A stretch of 64,000 nucleotides of DNA, taken from contig CDPCPM010000281.1 of NCBI GenBank assembly GCA_976551045.1, positions 9,424,001-9,488,000 of the forward strand, given 5' to 3'. The translations under genes were made by a program, and so were the position numbers. The DNA comes from Glaucostegus cemiculus (Eukaryota). The notes below the pieces were generated by a model. That model was not told the DNA's origin. It was given only the letters and a program-made list of their open reading frames with translations, and ran no database searches. This document shows, one piece after another, positions 23,306 to 36,809 of this stretch. Each line of letters opens with the position of its first letter. Position 1 is the stretch's first letter.

Positions 23306-26300
23306 TGGCTCATACCTGATTTTTGTTGCACCTGAAATGAAAATGGTTTTGTTACACCTGGAAGTTTTAAATGCGTCTGTCGGTCATTCATTCATACTAA
23401 ATTCCATGTCTCCCATGTGTTTGATTGGCCATAGAAAGTTTTGCATTTATCCGCCATGTTGCTCAACTGCTTTGCAGTTACCATCTTGTGAAAAACACAA
23501 CAAACAAACTGTATTCATAAAGACTTGGTGTGTTGTGCATTTCTGAAAATGGAACCATAGTTTCCCCTTCCTTCACACAAGGCATTTTGTCTTGGAAAAG
23601 AAAATGATTTTCAGAGCCTTTGGCAATAACTTTGAAGTCTGATAGACAGGAATGTAGCTTGTGATTCCAATATACTCTGCCTTTTTCAATTTTGATTTTT
23701 AGCCTAGCATTTGATAACAACAATTTGCCTTAAGCGTGCAGTGAAGAAAGTCGGCTTTTAGTACATGGGCCAGAGAAGGACTGTCACAAGCAACAATTTA
23801 TGGAACACAACTCATCATTCCACTGTTTAGGCAAGCACTTGGCATTCAGCTGGAAGAGGATTAAATGAACAGAGGCAATTTCTTATCCTTAAAGAAGGGT
23901 TCATATTTTGGATGTTGAATGGTAATATATGTACCAGTTTATGGGTCTCGCACTGAAGAAAACATACTTTATTACATGGTGTCATCAATTGAGCCAAGGG
24001 TGACACCTGAATTTCATTGCATATGGATTAAATATGCTTTCATATATTTATAAATCAGAACAGATAGCGATACTTTGATTCAGGCATTGACTTTAACTAT
24101 CCTTATCATTCAATAATCAAGGACTTCACAATTACGAAATATACTGCGCATGATGGATATAATCAAGGTTATGGACTGTTTGCAGAGTAGCATTTAATAA
24201 ATACTTTTTAACAAACAGAATCTGTGGATGTAGGAATCAGAAAATGTTGGAAATAAACAGAGAGCCAGTTAGCATATGTAGAAAGAAAAACAATTTGTAT
24301 ACTCTTTATCAGAGGTCTGAACAATAAATAAACAAGTATTTTCCTGATATCTGTAGCGCACAACAATGACGTGAGATATTTTGGCTCCGTGAATTAATGG
24401 AAGAATCAAAATGTCTGCATATTTTTTTGTTCAAGTACAGATATAGCTTAAGTGATTGGTGACATGATGGTTAAACTAGGCAACATGAAACAAAAAGACA
24501 GTTAAGCAGGCATTAGGTGTTTTACTTTTGCTGTGTTGCTCATGGAGAACAGACATTAAGACAGTTTCAAATTGCAGGATCTCGAAGATTCAGGGAAAAA
24601 AACAGAGATTAAGGGGGTGAAATCAAAATAAATTGTGATTAAGTGATTGTAACCTTGTAAAATTATCCCAATGCTGAGACAATGCTTGTGCAGCACTGAG
24701 CAGAAATCACTGCAATAGATCTATGTAAGCAATATAACCCAGGGTAAGTTAGCTTCTTTTAATCTATCAGACATTTTAATAACCTGATATCTTCTACAAA
24801 TTTACACCTGTATTTTTTAAACCAAAGGCTTAGTGAAAAACCTATCAAAAATCCCTGGGATTCATCCAAGTAACGGATACTGTTCAATAAGTGACTCAGG
24901 TTTTAACATTCCCCTTGGGAGCTGTAAGAAAACAGTGTTATAGTGATTGGCAGTGCATAGTACAATTTAAGTAGCTGATTATCAGCTAAAATGGCATAAT
25001 TTATTATTTATTTAAATGGTAAGTTCTGTTACTGCTAAGTGCTTGTGGCATTTAGAGGATTCCACATACTGCACAGCCTTGGTGGATAATGAGTACAAAT
25101 GAGGGGCATTTAATGTCGCGGCTACTTGTCTGAAACGACCATTAGAGTTTTGGCATCACTTTGCTGTGAAACTGTAAAATTTCCAGGAATTCTGACCTTT
25201 TTTTTTAGTTGACCAGATAACTTACTTAGTAAGAGACTTAGTGGAGGGAACATGATCCCCTTGAACCATTTTAATTCACCGCTGATGGCAGAAGTATTTG
25301 CACTTGGTGATCAATTAACTGAATAATAGGTCAGCCAGGACCATTACAAAAAATTGTCAGCACGCCTCCATCGAACATCCATGATATTCTCTGTTCTTAG
25401 GAGAGTTATCCAAACTGCTCCTGTCTCTTTGCAGAGATGAATGTTAGCGACAACTTCTCAGGTTACTGATGCAGGGGGTGGTGGGGAGGAGCTGAAGGAT
25501 GGAGGGGAGGGAATCAAGGTGGTAAATGCAACAGAACGGGGGCTGACTAAAAGTGTGTCTGTCCATGTGTTTGGTTGGGGTGTGTGTGTGTGTCTCGACT
25601 AAGTCTGTGCAGCAATCTGTGGTCTCCAGTCGTCTTGTTCCTCCTTGCCATTGGAGCAAGATCTTGCTCTGCTAAGTTCGTGTGTTTTCTGGTGTGTACT
25701 GGCCGCCCTGCATTAAAGAATTCTTGCACAGATATCTTGACTTCTCAGAACTGAAGTAGAAGCAAGTCATCCCTGACCCCAAGGACTGCCAGAGAAGATG
25801 ATGATAACTTCCTGCCTTTTGCAGTTGGTGCATCTATTTATAAAGCCAAGTATCCCACATGTTTTCTGATATGTATCCAATGAGAAGGGTTCAGTTTTGA
25901 CCATCAGTGTTAACTCTGCCTCCTGTTGAACACACTGTCCAATTTTCTTTTATGTTGAAGGCCTGTTTTGATTCATCATTGAGAGTTACTGTGTTTGTCA
26001 CCTAAACACAGTTTGGGTGTGAAAATGTTTGGTGTCAGTTTCTCAGAAGTCATGGTCAGATATAGCTTTGACTAGATAGAGAATAAATCTATTTTTATTC
26101 TACTACAGTGTTGCAGGTTAATCTCATTCCAGAATAACATTTCTTACTGCACTGGCATGTTGTCCATTTCACCCTGTCCACACACCAGAATGCCAATTAC
26201 TACCAGTTTGTGGAACCCTGGGCAACAGTTCAGCCCTTGGGCTAATACAGTGTAAGGAGAAAGCTATATTTCAGTCTATGCTTTGAAGGCTTTTCACAGA

Positions 26301-29300
26301 ATGTCTCTGACCATTCTCAGAGCATTGGACAGAATTAGAAGCTGGACTCCAGAGGTGAAAAGGAATTCCAACACCAGCAAACTCCTTACTCCCTGAGCAG
26401 TAAACATAACTGGCCCCTGTAAATATAAAGAAAATAATTGATTATGAATTAGCCTTTTTATGGGAAAATTTAGTTCATTGTGAATCTTTAGTTCATTGGA
26501 TCTAATATGTTAAGAAAACTGTGAGCTTAATTTAACTTCCCTTTACCTGGAGTAGATGAATATAATTGATGTATCAGTCCAATGAAGATGGAAAATAAAT
26601 GCTCTGTTTTTCTTGATTTATATTAAAATTAGCGAATAATCTCCGTGACGTCAATATGATTAAAATATGCGTGCTTGATCTGCAGGAATTTGACTTGTAA
26701 TTCCAGTGCCCAAGGCTGATAAAGGATTTGATTTAACAAATATATTTTATAAAATCACATCTCCAGTGTTCCATTGGAATGGCATCCTTCACTTAGTCGG
26801 AGTTAATAAGCACAGCAGGCATGGTGTGCCATATGTGAAAGTGTAAGGTCAGAGAGTTTTTGTAGCAGATCAACATACTTGCTTAGCTGTTATAAACAGT
26901 TATTTTCATCAACGCCACCCTCAACAACAGTTTCACTTTGTTTTTTTTAAAGCAGTCACTATGATGCATGATATGTATCATTGTGCACTGAGTTCTTTAG
27001 ATAATGGCACATTCATGGGATTTCTGGAAGGAGGCCTTTGTGCAGCTAGTCACACGCCTATTGACGTGAAAGACACATTTTGTTGAGTCTGCCTTAAAGC
27101 TGCAGGCTGGTGTAGCACCATAAGACTTTGGCTGCTAAGTTTCTTTAATCGCTGCAGACGTTTCAAGTGAACTTCTCTTCTTCTGGTGTCACTGTTCCTC
27201 CAAGGAGAGGATTTTTTTTTAAAGTGCAGTAATTAAAATTTGTAGGTCAAGTCTCCCACGACACTTACTCTTGGTAATATGGGAAATGCACGGTCTGATT
27301 CACCGATGCTGATCTGCAGCACAATGAGATTTAAAGGCTGAAGGGTGACATTTTCCCCCCATTTGTAAATTAATGCAATTGATCTTCCTAACAAGTACAA
27401 AGTTGGGCTTTGAAATACCAAATGGTAAATAGAGATTAGGCTCTTTTAATAGCTTTTTGATGTCAGCCTTAATTACTGCACAGTGTGCAGGGTATTGAAC
27501 CTTCAATTGGAATTTCTAATAAGCTTTTGACTTTTACGGATAAAAACTTACTGAGATGCCTTTGAATCTGCCAGAAATACTTTGTATAATGTAATTTGTT
27601 ACTTATTAGAAGAGACAGCCTATGAAGACCCTTTGGAACACGATTGTAAATGGTGCTTTCAGTGTTTGCTGCATGATGCAAGCTATTTAAATGATTTATT
27701 TTAATTAATTCTCTGTAACAAGTGTTTTTATCTGCCCATTCCCCCAACATCATTTTGTGCCTTTATTATGGACGTTGTTTCAATCCAAGGGAACAGTGAC
27801 TGTCCTTGGGTTTATAAGGTTTCTTTTTCTACACCCACCAGCAGACAGCAGTCAGGTACAGCACAAGCTTGAGTGCAATAGGACAGATCCTCCTTTTTGG
27901 CGTTACTGAGCACTCTCTGTCATTCCCTGGGGCAGTAAATTGAAGGGGTAGTGACTTGGGAGTAAGTTACCTACCTCAAAGGAGCTGGCGGTGTAACTGC
28001 TGTTACCACACTCCAGAATGACCTCACTGCCAGGTCCTACTTGATGCTGTTCCTCCACTTCTGGAGCAATCAGGGCTGAGGTTAGGAATTCCCAGCAGAT
28101 CTCAGATTCTGACCTGCAGCAAGCACTAACCTCATCGTGGGTGCAGAATGAAGCAACCAAGTGAGCTGCAGCTGGGATCAGAAGAAAAACTGAAGGGGCG
28201 GAATGTTCGTTGAATTGTAGGGGTGGCTGGTGTGTGGGAAGAAGCAAAAATGGAGGTAGTACTGAGCATGTGACATAACCACCTCAGTCAGTTGAACTCC
28301 TGCCTCCAAAATTTGTTCTGTTGAAATCATTGGAGTAAATTTCAGAGGCAGAGTATGCTGATGTGACCATATGGTAAAGTTACCTTGATATAACCAGGAA
28401 GAATTTTAGGGTAATTTTTTCACCTTAGCTGATTAAAAATCATTCAGCTATGGCATAAGCAGTGGTTAAAATTAGGTAAAATATTGCCATGTTTATCTTA
28501 AATGTATACTTCTGGGAACACATGCCCACAGACACCATGTGTATCATCCTACTTATGGGGTAGATAGAATCTGAAAAGATCTGTAGAATTCACTTATAAA
28601 CACATTGCCCACAACTAAGATGGCTAGACAGTCGCTTCAAATCCAGTCCTTGAAGGAGCAATCTATCTTTGAGAGTGTGACATTTCCTTTTCCTATAGCA
28701 CTGATCTCTTGGCCTTTCTGAGTCTGATTGCCCAATTAGTGCCAATTAAGGCCACATTATGGCCAGGTTTGTGCTGTCTGTGTTCACATTACCAGGAACT
28801 GAAGTGAGGTTTAAAATGAATTACTGAGGAATAACAGCTATCTGAGGAAAGGAGTCTTTCAAACCATCAGATCTTAAATCCAGTTTGAAGGAAAATTACA
28901 GTGTTCATTAAGGCTGTATTTACTTGTCTCTGTGAAAGGCATTTGCAAAAAGAACAAGGTAACCTGGTTTCTTGCTGATCAAATTGGTTTGCTTTTTAGT
29001 GTTGACCTTGAAAAGGTCCACATAAGCTGACCAGATGATGTTTATGGTCAACAATGACATCATGTCAACATAATTACGAACACATTTAATTACTTTTAGA
29101 ATCAAAGAGTGTAGATAAGATAACACAGAACCATTTATTCTAAATCAGAACTATGGTTAGGTATGAATTAATCTAGATTTAACTGTAGTCAGATGAAAGT
29201 ACTTCGTTATTTTTAGCTATTTAAATGCCTCCAGCTATCCAAATAGTTAAAGTTTCCCTTATATTGCTGAGCATTAAAAAGCCCTAATTAGAACAGCATT

Positions 29301-29994
29301 GCAGCCCCATCTGCCAATCTGCAGTAATCTACTCTAATTGCAGTAATTAAACTATATTTACATGTTCAAAATGCTTGTAATTTAGCAAATTGCGCTCTCT
29401 ACTCTTACATTTAATCAAACAAGTTGTTCCAGGATTCTTACTCTGAATAAAGTAACTCTAATATTTTGATTGCTGCAACAGTTTTGACGGATTAAGTGGA
29501 CCTGGAGAGCAGGCTTTCTATTCACAAGACAAACAGTATAAAAAGGGAAATATGATCATGCTGGGCGTGATTGTCATGTGAAAGCTTAATTGTGCTTTGC
29601 CACAAATTAACTGTTAAAGCACGGTCTGAGCAAGGCTGCTTTGGTTACATCCATCCTTTACACTAACTCTTCCTTCGGGAGCAGGATCAAATTGGATGCT
29701 TTTGCTGGAAGTTTTGTGTCATAATGGTTTTATATAGAGGTGCATGGAGTTTGGTTCACCAGAAATTCAGGTGCACAGTTTCTGAAATTAACCCTCCAGT
29801 ATCTCCTGGATATTATAACTGTGTACAGTAGTTGTTTCTGTTTTATGTTTTACCTTCGAATAATTTGGGTGTGGGCAATGACTAACTCCAAGGATTCATT
29901 TGTGGAATAATTCTTTTTGGGCAAAACTCTTTTTAGTTTAGAAACCCAGCTTGGGAAGCTTTTGAGAAATTCCCCTTTAAATCTTTCCCCTTCA

Positions 29995-30258
29995 GGGGAG
30001 ATGGAAGATTTAAATGGGACCTGAGGGGCAAGTTTTTAAACACAGAGGGTGGTGGGTATGTGGAACAGGCTGCAAGAGGAAGTGGTAGAGGCAGATACAG
30101 TTACAATGCTTAAGAGGCATTTGGAAAGGTACATGGATAGGAAAGATACATGGATATGGGCCAAATGCAGGCAGATGGGACTCACTCAGGAAGGCAACTT
30201 GGTCAGCCTGGACGATTTGGGCCAAAGGGCCTGTTTCCATGCTGTATGACTCCATGAC
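29995..30258 (+). mobile_element. CR1 (HER1-like) 3' end
   Basis: VGMWNRLQEEVVEADTVTMLKRHLERYMDR C-terminus and tail gggccaaagggcctgtttccatgctgtatgactccatgact. Confidence 0.9.
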
Positions 30259-31804
30259 TTGTTAATCCATCCATTATCATCCTTTTCTTTCCTGTGGTTG
30301 TTTTGTTTTACTTGCCATCTTCTTGTTCAGCTTTTCCATCTCAGACAAAGCTGCAAAAACAGCCAACTTAAAATCTCAGAGTTTGGAGCAGTAAGACTGC
30401 AATTTTATAGGATTCCTCCCATCCCATGGGTAGTACATTTACTGCTCTCTCTTTTAGTCCAACACACTTAAGTGGTAATGCACAAGCTGCTTCAATCTTG
30501 CTAGTTGGAGAAAGCTTCAGAATTTACCAGACAGAAATGATTGAGAATTAGTGATCATTCTCCATCAACAGTATAAAACAAAAAACTTGAAAAAGTTTAG
30601 TATGAAAGGTCTTTGATCTAATATACTTACGTTTTTAAGCCTTGGTTTGTAGGCCTACTGTACCATTTACTGATGTCAGGGAATTGGAAACTAGATCAAT
30701 GAAAAACTGTGGCTATCTTTTAGTAAGGACATGATCCCAGATTTGTACACCATTCAAATACTCCACAAAATTGTTTTCTTAAAAGTTGGCATCCTATTCA
30801 CACTATTGAATAGCCACAGACTGTGTAAGGTTTTTTTTTTCTGATGACACTGAATGCTAACATATTAGATATCTAATGCTGTGGAACTTGCTCTGTAAAC
30901 TTATCTGGCTCTCTCCAGCTTTTAAGACACCTTTAAAACCCTCCCCTTTGACTAGTCTTTTGTTCATTGGTGTTAATCATTCCTATTAGGACTCAGTATA
31001 GAAGTTTTTTGGGTAAATGTTCCTGTGAAGTACCTTTGGAGATTCTTAATGTAGCCGAGTAAATAAAAATTGTCTATTCTTGGTTTGCTTAACCTGATTT
31101 CTCTGACTTTTTTTTCTGTTTCTCTGCACAATTTTCATTGCTCAATTAAATTTATTGGATAAATCAAGTTTTCAGGTTAAAAAATTACTAAATTGGCTAA
31201 ATTTGTTTACTGGTGGACAATATGAGTAAAGCACCAAATGAAAATGTCAGGAGTAGAAGAGATAATTGGTACAAAATCAGTTGAAGAGGTAGCTGGGATT
31301 GTGATATAGCTCTAATGCATTGGGCATTTAGTCAGACATATTAATAATTTATACCATGATGTATTGGAATGCAAATATGTCCCCAGAGAGAGATGCCATT
31401 AACAACTTAAAATAGTTAAATAAATATGTTTGTAAAAGGGATATTATTTTACTCAATTTGAGGGATGAACACAACAGTTATGTTCTTTTGTAAAATCAAA
31501 TAATCTGTCAGGTCCACAAAATATGAAGCTAGAAGAATATGTCACTTGGGTAAACCACATTAAATAGGCTTTGGAAGGGACAGCTGCTTTCAACACAAAG
31601 GGGTTTTGGTGAACAGGTGGTCTGGGAAATAGTTGATTAGATGGACAAGGCCAATGAGATAAAGTAACCATATAGATTAAAAAGAATTACAAATAACATT
31701 ATTGTGTCATATTGCCATCCATACTATTCAGCTGTATGAAAACCACATTAGATTCAGATATTTTTAGGATAATATAACTTCAGTTGTCCATTAATTCCAA
31801 TGCC

Positions 31805-32210
31805 AATAACAGCTTACATTCATACAATATCTTTTATGTAGTAAAATTTTCCACAAATCACTTCACTGAAGTTTTATTGAACAGTTGACAGCTAGCCTTG
31901 TAAGAAGTCAAGAGGGCAGGTTTTAATGAACATCATAAAAGCAGGAATAGAGAGGTAGAGAGACTTAGGAAGGGATCTGTAAAATTTTGGGCCTTAGTAC
32001 CCAAACGCATGGATGTGAATGTCCAATGCACTAATTTAACAGGCTCGTATTACACTTCAGTTATAATGAAAGAAGATGTTTAATAATAACTTGCATTTAT
32101 GTGGCAGTGTTTCAGTAAACAAATGAACAAAATTGGTGGAGTTAAAAATAAATCCTTGACATCCAACAGGGAATGCCTGATGGCGTGACCAAACGAGTAA
32201 GTTTTGAGGA
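31805..32210 (-). mobile_element. L2 LINE 3' fragments (two)
   Basis: aacagcttacattcatac and aacttgcatttatgtggc, reversed L2 tails, followed by L2-like sequence. Confidence 0.5.
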
Positions 32211-32211
32211 A

Positions 32212-34655
32212 CACAGAACATAAGGAACAGGAGTAGGAAGAGGCCAATCAGCCTTTGAGCCGACTCCATCATTCAGTATGTTCATGGCTGATTCAGTATT
32301 GACCTCAGCACCACTTTCCTGCTCTCTCCCCATAACGCTCTACTCCCTTGCAACTTAAGTGTCTGTCATTCAATGCCTTGAATATATTCAGTGATTTTGC
32401 CTCTTTAGCTCCCCAGGATAGAAAATTCCAAGAAAGTCACTGCCTTTAGAGAGAAGAGATTCCTCATCTCGGTCTTAATAGGTGGACCCTTATTCTGAAA
32501 CTGTGCCCCATAGTTCAAGTTACTCCCAAGTAGGAGAAGCATCCTCTCAGCTTCAATTCTGTGGATACCCCTCAGAATCTAATTTGTAGTAATACATTCA
32601 TTTCTCATTCTTCAATACTCTCCCAACCTGTTAAACAATGTTTATAGGCCAAGCCTGTTTATACATCAACTCCATTATCCCAGGTATCAACTTCGTGAAT
32701 CTTATCTACCCTTCCTCCAATGCAAGTACCTCCCTTCCTTAATAAAGAGACCAAAACGATTTGCAGTTATCTGGCTGCATTCACACACTCTCAGTAAAGT
32801 TGCATCAAACTTTCCTTATTTTTATATTCTATTCTCCTTGCAATAAAGACCAACGTTGCATGAGCCTTCCTTCTTATTTGCTGTGTTTCATGCACAAGGA
32901 CTCCCACAGCCCTTTGTACCACTGCACTTTATAGTCTCATTCCATTTAAATAATGATTTGTGCTTTTATTTTCCTTCCACAATGGATAATCTCACACTTT
33001 CCTGCAATGCACACTATCTGCCACCTTTTTACCAACTCATCTACATCCCTTTACAGCCTCTTTGTGTTCTCCTCACAACTTGTTTATGCATCTATCTTTG
33101 TGTCATAAGCAAATTTGTGCATTTGGTCCCTTCATATGAGTCATTAGGATGTAAATAGTTGAGTCCCCAGCACTGATCCCTATAGCACCCATTGGTTACT
33201 GATTGCCAATTTGAAAATGACCCATGTATTCCAACTTTTTTTGTTGTTAGTAAGGCACTCTATCCATCCTACTGTATTATCCCCAACCCTGTGCAGTCTA
33301 CCCCCTTGTGCAATGATGTTTATGAGACACCTCAGAAAATGCCTTCTGAAAATCCAAATACACTACATCTATTGATCCCCCTTCATCCACCCTGCTTGTT
33401 CCACCCTTAAAGAAGTCTAGAACATATGTCAATGCCCCTTTCATAATATCACATTAACTCTGCCTGATGGTCTTGTTATTTTCTAAACGCCGTGCTTTTA
33501 ACTTCCTATAAGTGGATTCCAGCAATGTTCCAAAAGACAGGTGTTAGGCTGTTTGGTCTATAGGTTCCTCCCTTTTGCCACCCAGCTTTCTTGAATAATG
33601 GTGTTACAATGTTAGATTCCTAATCCTCTAGGACCTCTCCTGAATAACAGGAATTTTGGTGGATTACAACAAATTCATCTGCTATTTCTGAAGCTGCTTA
33701 CTTTAAGACAGAAGAATGCAAGCCATCAAGTGTAGGGGTCAGCTTTTAGCCCTGTTAGTTTGCCCAGTACATTTTCTCTGGTAAGCAGATTGTTTTAAGT
33801 TTCTTCCACCTTACATCACATTGACAATGTATTGTTGTTGGGATGTTTTTGGCACCTTCTACCATGAAGACTGGTACAACATAATTTATTGAGAATCTCT
33901 GCCATTTTTCTATTTTGCTTTTTAATTCCCCAGTCTCTTCCTTTCAAGAGATCGACATTTACTTCTCTCTTCTCTTGTGCTGTATATACCTGCAGAAGAT
34001 CTTACCATCAGTTTTTATTTTCAATTATTTGCTGGTTTATACTCACAATCTATCTTCCATTTCTTTATAATTTTCTCAGTTATTCTTTGTTGCTTTTGGA
34101 AAGAAAAATCTGAATTCTCCAGTCTGTCTTTAATCTTTACAACTTTGTACCAAATCAAAAGAAAATGCATACAACCATACAGTAGCTTCCTTAGTTAACC
34201 ATGCATGGTGCATCTGCACTGCAGAACGTTTCTTTCTCACTGGAACATACCCTTACTGATATAAATTTTAAATTAAATTTTATTTACAGCGTGGTAACAG
34301 GCCCTTTCGCCCCAACGAGTCTGCGCCGCCCATTTTAATCCCCCCAAATTAACCCACCCGTACGTCTTTCAGAATGCGGGAGGAAACCGGAGCACCTGGA
34401 GGAAACCCACGCAGACACGGGAGAACATACAAACTCCTTACAGACAGCGACGGAAATCGAACCCCAATCGCTGGCCCTGTAACAGCGTCGCGCTAATCGC
34501 TACGCTATCGTGCCGCCCTAAATATCATCTGCCATTGCGGCTTTGCCACCATATCCATTAATCTATTTTCCCTGTCCACTTCAGTTAACTCTGTCTTCAT
34601 TCCTTTGTTTAATTTTAAGACACTAGTTTCAGGCCCAGTTTCCTCACACTCAAAG
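32212..34655 (-). mobile_element. CR1 LINE fragment of about 2.2 kb interrupted by a SINE
   Basis: Starts agaacataaggaacaggagtagg...gccaatcagcc (reversed tail); RT blocks such as cccagcactgatccct and ccttctgaaaatccaaatacactacatc. Confidence 0.8.
34262..34518 (-). mobile_element. Young full-length V-SINE
   Basis: CpG-rich; minus strand gggcggcacgatagcgtagcg (A-box-like), ggttcgatttcc (B-box-like), V-domain gggtttcctccaggtgctccggtttcctccc, CR1-like tail and AT-rich end. Confidence 0.9.
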
Positions 34656-34789
34656 AAACATTTCAGATTCCAATATGCTGTGATAAGAGGGAGCTGAGGA
34701 AGTGCATGAAAGAATGGCTTGAGTTGCAGGGACAGTAGGCATCCACTGCCACACAGGCTGGTGGAGATAAGTAAGGCTTTATTGAAGGC

Positions 34790-35287
34790 CTTGTGCACAG
34801 TTCTGGCTGCCACACTGCAGGAAGGATGTGATGACACTGGAGAGGCTGCAGAGGATGTTGCCTGGGATGGAATGAGGAGAGACTGGATAAGATGGGTTTG
34901 ATTTCCTTGGAGCAAAGGAGGCCGAGGGGGAACCCAACAGAGATGTTCGAAATTATGGGAGACAAGGATAGGACAGATAGTAAGAAACTTTTCCGTTTGG
35001 CAGAGGTGTCTAAGACTGGAAGGTAAGAGGTAAGAAGTTTAGAGGGGATATGAGGAAGAATCTTTTCATCCAAAGAGTAGTTGAAATCTGGAATGCACGG
35101 CCTGAAGGGGTGCTGGAGGCACTTCTCACAACAACATTTAAGAAGCATCTGGACAAGTAATTGAATCACCAAGCCATAGTAGGATATGGACCACGTGCTG
35201 GTAAATGGGATTAGTAATAGATAAGAGCTGTATGGTTGGCATCAACATGGTGGGCTGAAGGGCCTGACGTAATGACTATGACTCTAT
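34790..35287 (+). mobile_element. CR1 3' fragment
   Basis: tgtgcacagttctggctgccacactgcaggaaggatgtg...ttggagcaaaggagg...gggctgaagggcctg...gactatgactcta. Confidence 0.85.
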
Positions 35288-36189
35288 TTGAGAACAAAAG
35301 CAAATTTAATGCACTAGGGGATGGTGAACCAGTTCGGGTTCGATAAGGTAATGGCTGTAAGTGTGCAAGCTGTCAAATGCCTTTGTCTGCTCAGGCAGCC
35401 TAATTTTTCGGAGTTGTCCTGAATGGGCATCTGGCATATGCGAAGGAAGGGCCTAACTCTTGTGTCATACAGCTGCCATGGAGGCCTGAAGAAGTGGCCT
35501 GAGCAATATCAGGTATGATAAAATCAAGGCCTCTTTGGTGTACAGCAAGTTGTCATCTGAAATTGGCCCACTAGACTCAATTTCTGTTCCATCAGCTGGT
35601 AAGCTGCTTTTTTACTTGAAGTGTAATATCACACTTATCAATAGGCATTATGGTGGTTGTACGTCTTAAGAAATATGCTGTTCAATTGATAAAATTATTT
35701 GCCAGACAAAAATGGTTTTCTGCTGTAATCAAATCATGAAAAAAATGAAAGTATGTCGATCCTGGAATTGGATTTGCTGGGGCCTTTTATCATTATGATG
35801 TTAATCTCATTTTTCAACATATTAATTTAAAATGTATGTGTTTCATGTGTATATATATTTAAAATTCTTGCATTGCATTATCAATTTCTGCTTGTAGTTT
35901 TTTTTGAAGAATTATATAGGATTGGCAAGCATCAAAGACTGCAGCATATCTGCATAGCCAATCAAGCTGTGTAGGGTAGTTTTGAAGCCACTGTGCCAAA
36001 CACTCCCTATCCACTCTCATTAAATACAATTTGTAATTTAGTCATAACACTTAAATCTGTAATTCTGATTAAAGCATTCTTCTTAATTATTCATGTCTTC
36101 AATTCTCAATGAACAGAGTTTTTGTCAATCTACTACATTTTCAGCTAAAGAGAGCAATATGTTTGCCAGATATTTCCAACATTTTCTAA

Positions 36190-36487
36190 AATCATAGAAA
36201 GCCATTCAGCCCATTGAGTCCATGCTGGTTTTCAGAGTATTTCCATCAGTCCCCCAAGGACTTCGCTGTGACCTTCTGTCTTTCACAAGCCCATCAACTC
36301 CTCCCTGATTCTCCTGGCATCCTGCTACACTAAGGGCAATTTACAATGGCCAATTAACCGACCAGCACAACTTTGAGGTATGGGAGGAAACTGGAGTATG
36401 CGGGGAAACCCATGCAGTCAAAGTGGGAATATACAAACTCTACACAGGCACCACGGGAGTTCAGGGTCGAACCCAGGTCACTGGAGA
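36190..36487 (-). mobile_element. V-SINE
   Basis: gggaggaaactggagtatgcggggaaacccatgcag and tcgaacccaggtc (reversed B box). Confidence 0.7.
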
Positions 36488-36639
36488 GACAAGTCAATTC
36501 TGAAAATTAGCCTGGTTCATTAACTGATTGTGGATTGCTGTTTCCCACATTACCATTCTTTTTCCTCACTACTCATCCCAACTCAACAGAATAACCCCAA
36601 CCCCCACATAGCTCCCCAACTCTATAGTTCTCTCTTCCA

Positions 36640-36800
36640 AGCTACATGATGGTGCAATGCAAGGTGACGCTTCACACCTCGAGGAACCAGGTTCGATACT
36701 GACCTCAGGTGCTGATTGTGTGGAATTTATATGTTCTCCCAGTGACCATGAGAGCTTCCTTCGGGTGCTCTTAATTCTTCCAATATCACAAAGATGCTTT
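36640..36800 (+). mobile_element. V-SINE 5' part
   Basis: ggttcgatactgacctcaggtgctg...tgtgtggaattt...ttctccccagtgacc. Confidence 0.6.
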
Positions 36801-36809
36801 ACTGCACTC

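Noticed and set aside
25654-25669. Perfect 16-bp palindrome gagcaagatcttgctc
   Set aside because: About one such palindrome is expected by chance in 64 kb (64000 divided by 4^8).
34440-34518. tRNA-like sequence with A and B boxes
   Set aside because: It is the head of a SINE continuing into a V-domain, not a tRNA gene.
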